A stretch of DNA of 64,000 nt, taken from NCBI GenBank assembly GCA_964393895.1, contig CAYMWP010000007.1, positions 81 through 64,080 on the forward strand, read 5' to 3'. A program made the position numbers and the translations under genes. Positions within the stretch are counted from its first letter, which is position 1. Each line of letters begins with the position of its first letter. The notes beneath the pieces were generated by a model. The model worked only from the letters and a program-made list of their open reading frames with translations. It searched no databases and was not told where the DNA came from. This DNA comes from an uncultured Anaerolineales bacterium. Its GTDB lineage: Bacteria; Chloroflexota; Anaerolineae; B4-G1. Positions 62,187 through 64,000 of the stretch are shown one piece after another.

Positions 62187-63994
62187 CGCAGTACCGCTAA
62201 AGTGACCCTGTAGCAAAAGTGGGGTATCATAGGCAAAACCTTAGCAAGAGGAGCCTATGAAAACCCCGAAAGAATTATACCCTAGTGAGCGCATCATATA
62301 CAAACCTGAATTGCTCGTCTGCCCACATTGTGGAGACCGACTGTTGATGTACAACTATCTGGCCTGGGACAAAACGGTGCAGACATTGGATCGCATTCTA
62401 TCCATCGCTAGCCGACCCGGTCACTGTGCCAACCCCACATGCACCGGGAGCGACGCACGCTTCCTTTCAGCGGAGGGACAGCAAATTGCTCCCTCAGGTT
62501 TTACCTACGGCTACGACGTCGTAGCCCGCATCGGTTGGCAGCGTCAGGAACGACGCGATATCTACACCGATATTCAAGCCGATCTCGCATCCCGGATTCA
62601 GATTTCGGAGTCTCACGTGCGTTATCTCTATCAGCAGGTCTATCTGCCCCTTTTGGCTTGCCACGAGCGGACCTACTGGGACCGTCTGGCCCAGACCGCA
62701 CAACAACACGGCGGGTTGATCATCGCCCTGGATGGTCTAGCACCGGAAGGCGGTGAGCCCCAACTGTGGTTCATTCGCGAACTCCTGACCGATCTGACGC
62801 TCCGCAGCGGGTGGTTGAGCCGCTTCGATCAATCGACCTTCGAGACATTTCTCCAGCCGCTGGGCGAATTACCTTGGCCGATTCTCGCTATCTTGAGCGA
62901 CAAACAGAAGGGATTGCTCCCAGCTGTATCTACTATCCTGCCCGATGCACACCATCACTTCTGTCACGCCCATTACCTGGACAATCTTGCTGAGCCATTG
63001 GCTGATGCGGATTCCACGTTCAAGGTCGAGCTACGCAAAGCCGTACGCGAAGAAGTCGGCATGTTGATTCGGGTTGAAAAGACGTCCCAAACACCCCAGT
63101 CAAACGTGTTGACAGTGACAGGCTTGTTGCCGGATGAGTTGCCTACCGTCACAGAGTCAGAAACCGCCAAATCCGAATCATCTGAGCCAAAATCAGACTC
63201 TATCCAAGCCGACGAAGTGGTCACCCACCTGCTTCGCCACACACGCTATCTGCTGACCATCAAGGGACGGCCGCCTTTTCGTCTCGCCGGTATAGAGATG
63301 TATCAGCGGCTACAGGGCGTCGTTGCCCTGACCGATGACTTGCTGGCCCACCGACACGATCCTCGCATGGCCGATTTGAACCAGGGCATCCGCACAGCGT
63401 TGTCCTCATTCGAGAATCAGTGTCAAGATCTACAGCAAGGGGCTGTCTGGCTGCGAGATATTGATCAGATCCTCACACCTGCCGACAATACATCCGTCAC
63501 CGGCGAGGACATCTCCCTACAACTGCGAACCTATCTGGATGAACTGCTTGACCTACCCGCCCCCTCCCCTCTCTTGGACGATTTTCGTCGCCATTTGGAC
63601 AAGGTCAGCACCAGTTACTGGCCCGGTCTGTTTCACTGCTACGATCTGGAAGGTCTGCCGCGCACAAACAATGATATGGAGAGCCTCTTCCGCGACACCA
63701 AACGGCGTTTGCTTCGGACCACCGGCCAGAAGGGCCAAACCCGACGTGCCCTACAACGCACCGGCGCATGGGAACTCTTGCCCAGGCCACCCAACGAGGC
63801 TGGGCGTCTGGACGCGTTGCGTCAAGTGCCCAAATGTCAGCTGGATGAAGAACGAGAACGCTTGAATCGACATCAAGAACGATTTCTGTTGCACTCTCGA
63901 TCTACTCGGCGTATCGACGCTCAATTCGACAAACTTCGCCAGCAATGGCTATCTCTCGCGGCTACTTCAACAGGGTGACTTTAGCGCTACTGCG
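62187..63994 (+). mobile_element. Insertion sequence (~1.8 kb, single DDE-type transposase, 24-bp imperfect terminal inverted repeats)
   Basis: IRL cgcagtaccgctaaagtgaccctg (62187-62210) matches the reverse complement of IRR cagggtgactttagcgctactgcg (63971-63994) at 22/24. The transposase stop lies inside IRR. Confidence 0.75.
62257..63978 (+). CDS. IS transposase (N-terminal Zn-finger CPHCG...; DDE-like ALDG / LSDKQKG / TNNDMESLFRDTKRR); family not assigned
   Basis: 573-aa ORF with RBS AAGAGGAG, bounded by the terminal inverted repeats. Confidence 0.75.
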   Translation: MKTPKELYPSERIIYKPELLVCPHCGDRLLMYNYLAWDKTVQTLDRILSIASRPGHCANPTCTGSDARFLSAEGQQIAPSGFTYGYDVVARIGWQRQERRDIYTDIQADLASRIQISESHVRYLYQQVYLPLLACHERTYWDRLAQTAQQHGGLIIALDGLAPEGGEPQLWFIRELLTDLTLRSGWLSRFDQSTFETFLQPLGELPWPILAILSDKQKGLLPAVSTILPDAHHHFCHAHYLDNLAEPLADADSTFKVELRKAVREEVGMLIRVEKTSQTPQSNVLTVTGLLPDELPTVTESETAKSESSEPKSDSIQADEVVTHLLRHTRYLLTIKGRPPFRLAGIEMYQRLQGVVALTDDLLAHRHDPRMADLNQGIRTALSSFENQCQDLQQGAVWLRDIDQILTPADNTSVTGEDISLQLRTYLDELLDLPAPSPLLDDFRRHLDKVSTSYWPGLFHCYDLEGLPRTNNDMESLFRDTKRRLLRTTGQKGQTRRALQRTGAWELLPRPPNEAGRLDALRQVPKCQLDEERERLNRHQERFLLHSRSTRRIDAQFDKLRQQWLSLAATSTG

Positions 63995-64000
63995 CTCTTT

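Noticed and set aside
62257-63978. Assigning the transposase to a named IS family
   Set aside because: The motifs seen (Zn-finger and a DDE-like TNNxxES segment) are insufficient for a family call without an ISfinder search.
1-64000. CRISPR array
   Set aside because: None is present. The repeats found are attC sites (with variable internal sequence and gene-sized spacers), 7-nt tandem arrays, and palindromes or MITEs. None has the 25-40 nt repeat / 25-40 nt spacer architecture.

Overview
The window has two parts. Positions 1-13210 are AT-richer and form an integron gene-cassette array on the + strand. It holds at least 9 ORF-bearing cassettes and 2 ORF-less cassettes, separated by long attC sites of 125-160 bp (RYYYAAC ... 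GTTRRRY). The bases after each GTT are the exact reverse complement of the bases before the AAC of the next attC. This is the footprint expected from G|TT cassette insertion. No integrase or attI is in the window; it is expected beyond the left edge. Cassette cargo comprises:
- an HDAC-like deacetylase
- GlsB/YeaQ plus a DUF389 membrane protein
- an adenosine deaminase
- a lipoprotein alpha/beta hydrolase
- a GDWG-module/SAM-methyltransferase fusion
- two complete type II restriction-modification systems, one of them BglII-like
- a membrane-protein gene broken by a palindromic insertion
- a secreted beta-helix protein

Positions 13.2-64 kb are high-GC chromosome. It looks Chloroflexota-like, but that is a low-confidence inference. 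This part encodes:
- secreted BNR and DUF4091 glycosidase-like proteins
- an orphan hypE and a Zn-ADH
- a Roadblock/V4R/REC-GGDEF-like trio
- a polyprenol-P-mannose synthase coupled to a 1419-aa YfhO-flippase fusion
- glgC
- a MacAB-like efflux operon with tandem HlyD genes
- a RACo-like protein, a hydantoinase, iorAB, an ADP-forming acyl-CoA synthetase and an aminotransferase
- a penicillin acylase, an S1P-lyase-like decarboxylase and an SDR
- an AbiE toxin-antitoxin pair with a frameshifted toxin
- several metabolic genes and a histidine kinase
- a tRNA-Asn(GUU) split by a 239-nt group I (IC3-like) intron
- an 1.8-kb IS element

Several dispersed repeat families recur across the high-GC part: heptamer tandem arrays (TCACGTT/AACGTGA, some inside CDSs), CCWGG-centred palindromes (GAAACCWGGTTTC, some in-frame in CDSs) and a 140-bp MITE-like element. 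All calls come from reading the sequence and ORF translations. No database search was run.
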